Shown: positions 44,919-54,900 of the stretch, in pieces
Layout: every line of letters begins with the position of its first letter
Position numbering within the stretch: the stretch's first letter is position 1
Notes under the pieces: generated by a model
The model's database searches: none
Seen by the model: the letters and a program-made list of their open reading frames with translations, nothing else
What the model was told of the DNA's origin: nothing
Translations under genes and position numbers: made by a program
Assembly: GCA_030832905.1 (NCBI GenBank)
Contig: JAURIG010000002.1
Coordinates: forward strand, 1 to 61,196
Direction: 5' to 3'
Length of the DNA stretch: 61,196 nucleotides
Origin: Bacteroidota bacterium
GTDB lineage: Bacteria; Bacteroidota; Bacteroidia; NS11-12g; UBA955

Positions 44919-46457
44919 ATGCAAAATATGTCTTCAGTTTTAAAACAATTGGGCGTTCGCTCTGTTAGTGAAAGCGTCTGTACCGGTGTCAATTGGATTA
45001 CAGCCGTTGGTAGTCAAAAGAAAACCATTCAATCTCCCGTTGATGGCAAAGTCATTGGCAGCGTGGTGTATGCTACAGAAACAGAATACGAAGCCGTGAT
45101 GAAACGCGCTCAAGATGCGTTTTTGATTTGGCGCAATATGCCAGCCCCCAAGCGTGGTGAAATTGTAAGACAATACGGTAATGTCTTAAGACAACACAAA
45201 GATGCTTTAGGCGCTTTGGTGAGTTATGAAATGGGCAAGAGTCTGCAAGAAGGTAAGGGTGAAGTGCAAGAGATGATAGATATCTGTGATTTTGCAGTGG
45301 GCTTGAGCAGACAGCTCTATGGCTTAAACATTCAAAGTGAAAGACCAGAACATCGCATGATGGAACAATGGCACCCATTGGGTATAGTAGGGGTTATTTC
45401 TGCTTTTAATTTTCCTGTGGCTGTTTGGAGTTGGAATGCCATGATTGCTGCTGTATGTGGCAATGTGTGTATATGGAAACCATCCGAGAAAACACCACTT
45501 TCGGCTGTGGCATGTATGAATTTATTAAAAAGCGTTTTACAAGTTAATCAATTGCCTGAGGGTATTTTCACCTTAATCAATGGCGATGCCGATATGGGAA
45601 AAAGAATGGCTGAAGACAATAGAATTGCTTTGGTGTCTGCAACTGGCAGTACCCGCATGGGTAAATCAGTGGCGCAAACTGTAGCGGCTAGATTGGGCAA
45701 ATCTTTATTAGAATTAGGCGGCAATAATGCCATCATTATCAGTGAACATGCTGATCTTAAAATGGCTTTAAGAGCGGTTGTGTTTGGGGCGGTTGGAACA
45801 GCTGGTCAACGTTGCACAACTACCAGACGTTTAATCGTACATGCTTCAGTTTATGATCAATTTTTAAAACAATTGGTGAAGGCTTATAAACAACTTAAAA
45901 TTGGCAATCCTCTGTTAGAAGAGAATCATGTGGGCCCTTTGATTGATAAAGCGGCCGTTGATCAATTCAGTTCTGCATTGACTCAGCTTAAACAAGCTGG
46001 CGGTAAAGTGTTGTATGGTGGTAAGGTATTGTCTGGAGCAGGCTATGAGAGTGGATGTTATGTGCAACCCGCTATTTGTGAAGCCATGAATACTTATAGC
46101 ATAGTGCAACAAGAAACATTTGCACCCATTTTATATGTGATGAAATATCAGCATTTAAGCGAAGCTTTGGCTATGCAAAATGATGTTAAACAAGGTTTGA
46201 GTTCAGCGATCTTTACCAATGCTATTCAAGAAGCAGAGCGCTTTATAAGTGCGGCTGGTTCTGATTGCGGTATTGCCAATGTGAACATTGGTACTTCTGG
46301 GGCTGAAATAGGGGGTGCTTTTGGTGGTGAAAAAGAAACCGGTGGTGGAAGAGAAAGTGGTAGCGACAGCTGGAAAGCCTACATGCGAAGGCAAACCAAT
46401 ACCATTAATTATGGTACTACCATTCCTTTGGCTCAAGGCATCAAATTTGATCTCTAA
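44919..46457 (+). CDS. aldehyde dehydrogenase, ALDH7 (aminoadipate-semialdehyde / piperideine-6-carboxylate dehydrogenase)-like
   Basis: EGKGEVQEMIDICDFAVGLSRQ (ALDH7 hallmark), ELGGNNA (Glu), GQRCTT (Cys). Confidence 0.8.
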   Translation: MQNMSSVLKQLGVRSVSESVCTGVNWITAVGSQKKTIQSPVDGKVIGSVVYATETEYEAVMKRAQDAFLIWRNMPAPKRGEIVRQYGNVLRQHKDALGALVSYEMGKSLQEGKGEVQEMIDICDFAVGLSRQLYGLNIQSERPEHRMMEQWHPLGIVGVISAFNFPVAVWSWNAMIAAVCGNVCIWKPSEKTPLSAVACMNLLKSVLQVNQLPEGIFTLINGDADMGKRMAEDNRIALVSATGSTRMGKSVAQTVAARLGKSLLELGGNNAIIISEHADLKMALRAVVFGAVGTAGQRCTTTRRLIVHASVYDQFLKQLVKAYKQLKIGNPLLEENHVGPLIDKAAVDQFSSALTQLKQAGGKVLYGGKVLSGAGYESGCYVQPAICEAMNTYSIVQQETFAPILYVMKYQHLSEALAMQNDVKQGLSSAIFTNAIQEAERFISAAGSDCGIANVNIGTSGAEIGGAFGGEKETGGGRESGSDSWKAYMRRQTNTINYGTTIPLAQGIKFDL

Positions 46458-46514
46458 TCGGGTATTGTTTTTTTAGTTTAAATGTCTTAACTTCGGTTAA
46501 ACTAACTTTAAACT

Positions 46515-47255
46515 ATGAAAATTGTGATCATTGAAAAAGATGCACGGGTTGCATCTGAACTCGAATCTGTGCTAGCAGCACAAAATCAAGTATTGTATTT
46601 AATTGGAAAGGTACAAGGCAAAAAGGCTTTACAAGTGCATCTAAAACACATGGTGCCAGATGCGTTTTTCATCAACAGCAATCAATTGACTAAGTTGCCA
46701 GAAGATTTCTTTTCTACTGTTAATGAATTAAAGGCACATGTGGTCTTGTATGGCAAATCGAAGAAACATGCTTTGGAAGTAATCCAACGCAATTTGGTAG
46801 ACTATTTAAGTATTCCATTTGAATCTGTTGCTATCAATAGAGCATTACAAAGAATTCTAGATCGCATGAAAATGCAGATGATCATACAAAATACTTATAA
46901 AAAGGCCAGTCAAACTGGGGCGGCGCCATTAGGTAATACCATTATGGTGTATGACAATGAGCGTTTAAATCCTATTGACATCAATAAAATCATCAAAATA
47001 AAAGCGCAAGGGGCTTACTCTGAAATCTATGTTCAAGGGGCTAAGAAAATTCTTACCTCAAAACATTTAGCTGTGTATGAAAGGGCTTTGAATGACAAAT
47101 CATTTATTCGAATTCACGATGCCTGCTTGATTAATGCAGAACATGTTACAGCCTATAAACCCGGGGTGAATGCCAAGGTGCAATTGAAAGACAATACATA
47201 CGAATCTGTGTCTAAGCGCAAGAAGAAAGTGTTCTTAAATTATTTCAGAGCTTAA
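46515..47255 (+). CDS. LytTR-family DNA-binding protein with degenerate receiver domain
   Basis: C-terminal LytTR domain (IKAQGAYSEIYV...FIRIHDACLIN). The N-terminal CheY-like domain lacks the phospho-acceptor Asp (FFINS instead of xxLDI) and the conserved Lys (SIPF instead of KPF). Confidence 0.7.
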   Translation: MKIVIIEKDARVASELESVLAAQNQVLYLIGKVQGKKALQVHLKHMVPDAFFINSNQLTKLPEDFFSTVNELKAHVVLYGKSKKHALEVIQRNLVDYLSIPFESVAINRALQRILDRMKMQMIIQNTYKKASQTGAAPLGNTIMVYDNERLNPIDINKIIKIKAQGAYSEIYVQGAKKILTSKHLAVYERALNDKSFIRIHDACLINAEHVTAYKPGVNAKVQLKDNTYESVSKRKKKVFLNYFRA

Positions 47256-47983
47256 AATATGGATAGACCTTTACCATTGTGTTGGCACAAAACTGCATAA
47301 GCATTGGGCTTAATTTTTTTGTACGGACTTAATGATACAATTAAGTTCTTTAATTTTTGAGTGAGGCGTTTGAGTGGTTGATGTTTGAATTGGAAATCAA
47401 TTTGCGCATGATTGGTGAACAAGAAACGTTCGTCAATCACTTCAAATCCCTCACTTTTTAATAAAAATTTAAATAAAGCTGGTGTGTAAATATTGATATG
47501 ACCATAGTCCAAATAATGTTGGATTTTTTGATCTACATAAAAGCTAAAATCAATAGGCACTTCAAAGTAATGGTAGTTTGCCACTCTGGCGATTTCTCTC
47601 AACAATAACCTCGGATGTTCAACATGTTCAATCACATGGCTGCAAAGAGAAAGTTCAAAGGATTTGTTGTCAAATGGTATTTTATAACCATCAAATTTTT
47701 GAACTGATTTTAGCGACTTTAATTGGCGCTCTTGAATGGCAGCAATGCCAGAATCTGAAATTTCTAAACTACTTAATTCATCAGTAAAGTTTGCTTTATC
47801 CAATTCTGCAATCACAGCGCCATTGCCTGAGCCAATATCAATGGTTTTTGCTGATTTGAATCTGCTGCATAGGTCCAAAATATTTTTGGCTTTTTGTTGG
47901 CCACCCAATTGACGCCATTCATTGTTTTCAGAATGGTATTGTTGGTTGTAGGTGTCTTGCACTTGAGTTGACGCATTGCTCAT
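47252..47983 (-). CDS. class I SAM-dependent methyltransferase
   Basis: Motif I TIDIGSGNG, a post-I acidic residue, and SHVIEHVEHP as in the Methyltransf_11/23 types. Confidence 0.65.
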   Translation of the reverse strand: MSNASTQVQDTYNQQYHSENNEWRQLGGQQKAKNILDLCSRFKSAKTIDIGSGNGAVIAELDKANFTDELSSLEISDSGIAAIQERQLKSLKSVQKFDGYKIPFDNKSFELSLCSHVIEHVEHPRLLLREIARVANYHYFEVPIDFSFYVDQKIQHYLDYGHINIYTPALFKFLLKSEGFEVIDERFLFTNHAQIDFQFKHQPLKRLTQKLKNLIVSLSPYKKIKPNAYAVLCQHNGKGLSIF

Positions 47984-47990
47984 CTTAGGG

Positions 47991-47998
47991 CAAATTTA
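47991..47998 (-). promoter_or_regulatory. Bacteroidota -7 promoter box (TAAATTTG), 7 nt upstream of ATG 47983
   Basis: Exact TAnnTTTG on the minus strand (forward CAAATTTA). Confidence 0.35.
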
Positions 47999-48028
47999 AC
48001 ATAAACCATATAATAACCAAGCATACGC

Positions 48029-48790
48029 TTAGTAGTTCACAATGTATTTGCCTTTTGGGTCAACTGCAATTTTAGGCGGACAATGCATGAGTTCAAAATA
48101 ATTATAACCCTCTTGTAAATTTTTCCAAAACTCTTGACGAATAGGGTCAAAGTTGTAGTAAGATTTTAAATATTTCAGATTGCTAGTATGCATTCTACAA
48201 GGGTAAATATGTACAGGAATATGATAATTGGTATCTCGATTATTTTGCGCTTGTACATTGCACCAATACAGCGTTTTGATAACATCATCGTTCATAGGCA
48301 AGCAGCCAATGGTAACCGAATCGCCATGCACAAATATTTGTCCGCCATAACTGCCTTTTTTGCCTAAAATACTATCGCTTTTGTTGGGGTAGGAGATCTT
48401 ATAGCTTAAATAAAAACTACTATAGGGGTTGTATTGATTGATGTAATAATAGCCCTCTGGAACTTGATAATCACCCTCCATGCGCTTGGGCCCTAAATTG
48501 CCAGACAAGGCCATAATGTTATAGGTTTCAATCAGTCTGTAGGCATGGTGAGCACTGTCTGCACCCCAAAGCTCCATTTGTTTTTCTTTTTTAAACACTC
48601 GCCAATAAATGAACTTAGGTGGGTAGCTTAAATGGGCTTCATAAAACACCTTTTTAAGGTGTTCATCGCTGCTCATGCGGGCATTCCAAACTCTTTGATT
48701 ACCCAATTGCTGCTCAGTAATGACCTGAGGTTGCGCCCAAGCCAAGCTGCAGCTGAAAAAAGTAATATACAGAACAATTCTGCCTAACAT
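48029..48790 (-). CDS. L,D-transpeptidase catalytic-domain family protein (YkuD_2-like), secreted
   Basis: Signal peptide ...SLAWA|QPQ, and IFVHGDSVTIGCLPM (His ... Cys catalytic pair). Confidence 0.55.
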   Translation of the reverse strand: MLGRIVLYITFFSCSLAWAQPQVITEQQLGNQRVWNARMSSDEHLKKVFYEAHLSYPPKFIYWRVFKKEKQMELWGADSAHHAYRLIETYNIMALSGNLGPKRMEGDYQVPEGYYYINQYNPYSSFYLSYKISYPNKSDSILGKKGSYGGQIFVHGDSVTIGCLPMNDDVIKTLYWCNVQAQNNRDTNYHIPVHIYPCRMHTSNLKYLKSYYNFDPIRQEFWKNLQEGYNYFELMHCPPKIAVDPKGKYIVNY

Positions 48791-48793
48791 GGA

Positions 48794-50227
48794 TTATTCT
48801 ACCACAGAAATTTTTATGCTATTGGCCATTGATTTTTGCTTGATTGGCATGCTAGCGGTATGGATAACAATATCATCTTTATTCACCAATTGATTGGCTT
48901 TTAAAACATCAATAACATCGGTAAATGTTTGATCTGTGCTTTCGTATTTATCGTAATAAAATCCTCTTACGCCCCATACTAAACTCATGGTTTTTAACAA
49001 AGGTTTATTATTGGTGAAAATGAATATATTGGCCATTGGTCTGTAAGAAGAAATCTCAAGCGCAGAATAACCAGAGCGGGTCATACCAACAATTGATTTG
49101 GCTTTAAGGTGGTCGCTCATACGCACAGCTGTAAAGCAAATTTCATCAGAAATGAAGGTGTCTGATTGGGCCGTTGGTTTAACGCCTTTGAAGTAAACTC
49201 TGCGGTCTTTTTCAACGTCTCTTATGATCTTCTCCATGGTCTCAACCACTTTGATAGGGAAGGTGCCTACACTGGTTTCTGCGCTCAGCATTACTGCGTC
49301 AGCACCATCAATTACAGCATTGGCCACGTCGCTCACTTCAGCTCTTGTTGGCGTAGAATTCACAATCATTGATTCCATCATTTGAGTGGCTACAATCACT
49401 GGTTTGGCAGATCGTATGCATTTTTCAATAATGTTTTTCTGAATGATTGGCACGTCTTGAAGGGGTACTTCAACACCGAGGTCTCCACGGGCAACCATTA
49501 TACCATCAGTAGCTGCAATGATTTCATCAATGTTTTGAACGGCTTCTGGCTTTTCAATTTTGGCGATGACTTTTGCATCTTTACCAGCGGCTTTGATTCT
49601 GTTTTTAAGGTCAATGATATCAGACGCTTTTCTAACGAAAGACAAGCCAATCCATTCCACATTGTTCTCTAGTCCAAACTGAAGGTCTTCAATGTCTTTT
49701 TCAGTTAAGCTGGGGAAGGAAACATTGGTCTGTGGAAGGTTGAATCCTTTTTTTGATTTTAATATACCACCAGTAATAACGGTTGCTTTAACATCTGTTT
49801 CGTTCAATACTTCATCGATACGGATTTCAATTTTTCCATCATCTATCAAAATGAATTCACCAGGTTTCATGTCTTTGGCTAAATCTCTGTAACGGATACA
49901 GACCATTTCAGCTGTACTGATGATTTCTTTGCTGGTTAAGATTAAAGTTTGACCATTGCTGATGTTAACGCCATCATTCTCAACCATGCCCACTCTGAGT
50001 TTAGGGCCTTGTAAATCTTGAAGTATGCATACATCAGAATTTAATTCCTCATTGATGCTTCTGATGTGCTTAATCACTTCAAGGTGGTCTTCATGTGAAC
50101 CATGAGAAGAATTGATGCGGCATACATCTACACCCGCTAAGATCAATGATTTTAGCATTTCTCTTGAGGACGTGGCAGGACCAATGGTGGCTACTATTTT
50201 GGTTTTGTTAAAATCGTTTTTATACAT
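48794..50227 (-). CDS. pyk: pyruvate kinase
   Basis: TKIVATIGPA, RINSSHG, MVARGDLGVE; 477 aa. Confidence 0.9.
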   Translation of the reverse strand: MYKNDFNKTKIVATIGPATSSREMLKSLILAGVDVCRINSSHGSHEDHLEVIKHIRSINEELNSDVCILQDLQGPKLRVGMVENDGVNISNGQTLILTSKEIISTAEMVCIRYRDLAKDMKPGEFILIDDGKIEIRIDEVLNETDVKATVITGGILKSKKGFNLPQTNVSFPSLTEKDIEDLQFGLENNVEWIGLSFVRKASDIIDLKNRIKAAGKDAKVIAKIEKPEAVQNIDEIIAATDGIMVARGDLGVEVPLQDVPIIQKNIIEKCIRSAKPVIVATQMMESMIVNSTPTRAEVSDVANAVIDGADAVMLSAETSVGTFPIKVVETMEKIIRDVEKDRRVYFKGVKPTAQSDTFISDEICFTAVRMSDHLKAKSIVGMTRSGYSALEISSYRPMANIFIFTNNKPLLKTMSLVWGVRGFYYDKYESTDQTFTDVIDVLKANQLVNKDDIVIHTASMPIKQKSMANSIKISVVE

Positions 50228-50675
50228 ACTGGGCTTCTAGGAATTTTTTGGTATTTAAAAAGTTGTCAAAGAATAAATTTTGACCGTTAATTTTTTGAAA
50301 AGGAATGTTGTAGATGTATTCTACTCTGGAGTTAGTTTGAATGCTTTGAACTGCTCTATCAAAATAATTGTAGAGGTCTTCACCTTGGCAAATTAACAGG
50401 TAGTCAAACAAAGGATTGGATTGGAAAAAATACGCTTGGTCGCCTTTGTTTTTAATTAAGTGCCAGTGCAGTTCAACATCTTCAAAATAACAATAGTAAT
50501 GTCTGTGTAAACTAATTTTTTCATCAGGCAATGGTCTAACCCATTCTAGGTTCAATCCCATTTGGATGTCAAAGCTTTTATTGATTTGCCAGGCCACTTG
50601 ATGCTCTGGCAATGCCGATTTAAGACCCGCCACTTTTGGGAAAAACAAATCGTTATGAGGATTACTTGCCGGCAT
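50220..50675 (-). CDS. conserved hypothetical protein, IPExxxVDY-family-like
   Basis: YCYFEDVELHWHLIKNKG and NPLFDYLLI resemble the Bacteroidota 'IPExxxVDY family' as I recall it. It overlaps the pyk start by 8 nt. The first ATG is 50675; the track start is the TTG of the -7 box. Confidence 0.4.
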   Translation of the reverse strand: MPASNPHNDLFFPKVAGLKSALPEHQVAWQINKSFDIQMGLNLEWVRPLPDEKISLHRHYYCYFEDVELHWHLIKNKGDQAYFFQSNPLFDYLLICQGEDLYNYFDRAVQSIQTNSRVEYIYNIPFQKINGQNLFFDNFLNTKKFLEAQYV

Positions 50676-50684
50676 AATGCAAGG

Positions 50685-50692
50685 CAAATATA
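50685..50692 (-). promoter_or_regulatory. Bacteroidota -7 promoter box (TATATTTG), 9 nt upstream of ATG 50675
   Basis: Exact TAnnTTTG on the minus strand (forward CAAATATA). Confidence 0.4.
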
Positions 50693-50744
50693 CTCCATTT
50701 TGAAGATTAAAATGGCAATTTAATGGGTTACTTTTTTGTGAAGT

Positions 50745-51827
50745 TTACAAGGCAATTACCCTTTGAACAGCTGCTTCAACTTTTTCAACCGGTAGATCTT
50801 TCATACAGCTGCTGCCCAACTTACAAGAACCACGGTAAAAACACTCACAGGCTTTGTCTGGCATAACAATTTCTCCTTTGCCAAATAAATCAAATTCATG
50901 TGGATTAAAGATATTATTCATCAACACAATTTTCTTTTGAAGACCTAATGTCAAATGCATGCCCATGGTTACTTGGGTTACCACAAGGTTGCATTGGTCA
51001 ATAAGGTTAATGAATTGTGGCAATGGGAAATACCCTAAATACATGGCATTGCTTTTGGCTTGAATGCGTTTGTTGCGGGCATCTTCTTGTTCACCACCCA
51101 ATAAGATTACCTGGTAGCCTTTTGCCATTAAACGCGTTGCTAAATCGGCAAAATAGTCTTCAGGCCATAAGCGTGTTGTCCATCTATCACCACAACCTGT
51201 GTTGAGGCCAATTATGGTTTTGCTTTTGTCTAATTGCGGCCATTCAAAACCTTTGTTGGCATGGTTGTCTAACAAATAAGGTTCGCCCTTGTAGGTTAAG
51301 CCACACATTTGGTAAATTTCTGTGCAGTAATTTAAGGTATTGGCTTGGCTCACATCGTCGAATAAACCAGTGTGGTACTTGTGAAAAGCTAAATCATTGA
51401 TGGGTTGGGTCACATTGTCTTTGAGAATGTAACCGTATTTTTCTTTTGCCTGGACCACTTTTAACAAAGCAGAAGCTTCTTTTTCCTTATCTAAATTGAT
51501 GGCTATATCGAATTCAGCATTTTGCAAATACAAAGCTGAGGCGTAATCGAATTTTAAAATTTCATGGATTTGACCGCTAGGTAAAATGGCAGGGGTCATG
51601 GTTAGCCAAGTGATTTTACAATTTGGATAGAGCGCTTTATAGGTGCTGATTAGAGGTGTGGTTCTGATCACATCGCCTATAGCGCCTAGCTTGATGATGA
51701 GTATGCGTTTGCTGATGGCTTGATATGCTTTGCAATCATTGCAATGGTAACCGTGTTCTTTATGAGGTAAACAAGGCAAATCGCCTCTAAAATGCAAACA
51801 GTCAGAATGGTATTGTTCCATGGTCAT
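50745..51827 (-). CDS. glycosyltransferase family 9 (heptosyltransferase-like) with terminal Cys clusters
   Basis: ILIIKLGAIGDVIRTTP and the GT-B layout of GT9. There is an extra N-terminal C-x8-C-x11-C-x2-C and a C-terminal C-x-C-x5-C-x5-C. Confidence 0.65.
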   Translation of the reverse strand: MTMEQYHSDCLHFRGDLPCLPHKEHGYHCNDCKAYQAISKRILIIKLGAIGDVIRTTPLISTYKALYPNCKITWLTMTPAILPSGQIHEILKFDYASALYLQNAEFDIAINLDKEKEASALLKVVQAKEKYGYILKDNVTQPINDLAFHKYHTGLFDDVSQANTLNYCTEIYQMCGLTYKGEPYLLDNHANKGFEWPQLDKSKTIIGLNTGCGDRWTTRLWPEDYFADLATRLMAKGYQVILLGGEQEDARNKRIQAKSNAMYLGYFPLPQFINLIDQCNLVVTQVTMGMHLTLGLQKKIVLMNNIFNPHEFDLFGKGEIVMPDKACECFYRGSCKLGSSCMKDLPVEKVEAAVQRVIAL

Positions 51828-51872
51828 CAGTCTGCAAAATAAGAGTTTTTGTGATGAAATAAAAAATGCAGC

Positions 51873-51930
51873 CCATGCAAACCAACTTTTTTATCGAAAC
51901 TTACGTCTAATAACACAATAATTTGCATGG
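51873..51930. promoter_or_regulatory. 9-bp perfect inverted repeat CCATGCAAA-N40-TTTGCATGG in the divergent GT9 / T9SS-cargo intergenic region
   Basis: Read directly from the sequence. It lies upstream of the cargo -7 box, and 46-103 nt upstream of the GT9 ATG. Confidence 0.25.
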
Positions 51931-51938
51931 AATTTGTT

Positions 51939-51946
51939 TAATTTTG
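51939..51946 (+). promoter_or_regulatory. Bacteroidota -7 promoter box (TAATTTTG), 7 nt upstream of TTG 51954
   Basis: Exact TAnnTTTG on the plus strand. Confidence 0.4.
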
Positions 51947-51953
51947 TATAGGC

Positions 51954-54900
51954 TTGAATGGTTTTAGAAAACATATAGCTGCTTTGTGTTTTGTTTTTGC
52001 TTTAGTGCTCAAACTCAATGCAACCCATTTAGTGGGCGGCTTTATTAGTTATGAGTATGTAGGAACTTCAAGCTTTGGCGCGCGTTATACAATCACTATA
52101 ACCTCTTATCGTGATTGTAAAACAGGTGCCATTCCATACGCTAAGAACATTGATGTTTGTGTGTATCAACGCAGTGATTTAAAACTCTACAAGACGTTTA
52201 ATTTTACCTTACAGAGCACAGAATTGGTTAAACCAGTTGGTAGAACAGACTGCCCTGAAGCCACTCAAGTTTGTTTGGAGAAAGCACTTTACCGCAATCA
52301 AATTGATTTGCCCACCAGTAGTTATGGCTATTTTGTAAAATGGGAAGTCTGTTGTAGAAATACGCAAGTCAATTTAAAAAACGATATGTCTGGGGTGCCC
52401 TTTATTGGACAAACCTATCAAACCATTATTCCGCCAACCAACGTTAAGAACAGTTCGCCATTTTTTACAGATGTGCCAGTGCCGTTCATTTGCATTAACG
52501 ATACCGCAGAACTCAGTAATTATGCTGTAGATCCAGATGGTGATTCATTGGTGTATAAATTAGCTACACCTTGGTATGGCGCCAGTTATGCCACCAATTA
52601 TCCTGGTTGCACACCAACTTATAATGCGCCGGTGCCCATTAGCCCAACAGATTATGAGCCTGGATACAATGGCAATATTCCTTTTGGGGTGACGGGTATT
52701 TCACAAATCAATTCCAGTTCGGGTGTCGCCACTTTTAAAGCTACAAAAACAGGCAACTATGCTGTTGCCCTGGATTTACTCGAATACCGCGGAGGGGTAT
52801 TGTTGAGCTCAACCCGTTTAGATCTTCAGATATTAGTCATTAATTGTAGCCCGAATACCAAACCCTACATCAGTACCAGCAGTAAAAATTACACTGTGAT
52901 GGCAGGAGATAAACTCTGTTTCAATGTGGTGGGTTCTGATAAAGATAAACAGAATTTAACGCTTAATGGTTTTGGCGATTTGCTTACCGGAGCGAATGGG
53001 TTCATCGGCAATAAAGCCACCTTTTCACCTGCCTTTGCCAATACCACAGTTACATCTCAATTCTGTTGGCAAACCAGTTGCAATCAAGCAAGAACCCAAC
53101 CCTATGTATTTACCGCAAGAGTGGTTGATGATGGCTGTCCATCTAAATTTACAATGTTAACGGTTAACATTACAGTTCAACCTTTCACTGGTAAATCAAC
53201 TTTAACTGGCCCTTTAACTGACTGTGAGGGGGCTAAGGGTATTCAATACACCATTAACACCACCGCTAATACACCCGCAGAATTGATCGGCCTAACCCAT
53301 CAAGTAACGGTAACAGGAGGTACATTGGTATCTGTAGTTGGCAATAAAGTAACTGTTAATTGGAATACTGGTGTCAGCTCAGGAACAATTTCAGTTCAAG
53401 CGGTTTCAAAATTTGGTTGTTTGGGTGCTAAATCTAGCATTAATATTAATTTAGTGCCAGCTCCAGCTACACCAACTTTAAAAGCCTTTGACACAGTTTG
53501 TGTGAACAGCAATGGGACTTATGCCATCAATAATACTGCAGGGTATACCTATCAATGGTGGGTCAATAATGGGACTATTCAAGGGGCTAGTAATACCAAT
53601 AGCATTGCTGTGGTTTGGGGTAATCCTGGCAAGGCTTGGGCAAAGGTTGTTCAATACAACAGCAATGGCTGCCCTTCAGATACAGCGCTTTTACAAGTTT
53701 GGGTTTCCAAACCAGCTATACCTCAGATAGTGGGTAAACCTTCTGTTTGTCCGAATACCAAACAAGTCTTATACACCATTCAAACCCCTAATCCTAAAAG
53801 TGCCTATAAATGGTTTATATGGGGTGGAAGTATACAATCTTCGCCAAATTCAAGCAGTATATTAGTGAATTGGGGCAATCCGGGCATGGGCTTAGTTAAA
53901 GTCCTTGAATTGAATGCCTATGGATGTAGCAGTGATACAGGCTATTTCAACGTCGATAAAAATTATACGCTAAGTGTTGATCAAATACTCGGGGATACGG
54001 ATGTCTGCGCCAACACATTTGGAGAAATTTACCAAGTAGCCAATGCCCCAAATACTGTCTATAATTGGGCGGTTATTGGTGGCAGTATAGTATCGGGTCA
54101 AGGGACTTATAAAGTGCTTGTTGACTGGTCAGGCGCTAGCACTGGTCAGATTAGTTTATATGAAACCAGTTACGATTCGGTGAACAATAAAAATTGCGTA
54201 AGCAATTTAGTGTCGAGAACGGTTAATATTCGTTTAAATCCCTCGGCCAATATGATTAATGGTGTTTTTGAAATTTGTCAATCCAATTGGCAGTCAACAT
54301 ACACAGTCAACGGCATGCCAGGCTCTAGTTATGTATGGGCTATTAACGGGGATACTGCCAATATTAAAGGGCAGGGCAGTTCAACCATCAGCTTATCTTA
54401 TAAAACAGCGGGCAGTTTTATCATTAAAGTGATTGAAACCTCTGGTTTTGGTTGCCCAGGTTTGCCCATCTTAGATACCTTAATCATTCATCCAAAGCCA
54501 AGCACCAGTGCCATTTTAGGCGATAGTATCATTTGTGCTAATAATACGCTTAACTTCAATTACTCTGTAGTAGGGGCAAGTAGCTCAACTTATACTTGGT
54601 CTATACTAGGGGGCACCTTAAAAACCATCAATAAAAATGCAGTAGTAGTGGATTGGTTAGGTCAAGCCAATAATTGGCTCAAGGTGGTTGAACTGAGTGA
54701 TTATCAATGTTTGGGAGATACTCAAACCCTAAAAGTATACTACGATAATCCTTATTTATATTTAGATTACATTACGGTTAATCCGCCTCCAGCCTCTGAT
54801 AAAGGCATTGATGCTTTTTGGCATTTGGTGAATGCCCCTTTGTACAAACAAAATTTTGAAGTTCAAAAAAGAGTAGCTGGCTCATCAGCACCCTTTGCGA

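Noticed and set aside
46440-46451. A 12-nt perfect palindrome ATCAAATTTGAT at the 3' end of the ALDH gene, and a TTAAC-TTCG-GTTAA mini-hairpin at about 46488-46501. I considered both as terminators.
   Set aside because: The stems are AT-rich or only 5 bp long and have no following U-tract. The first lies within coding sequence.
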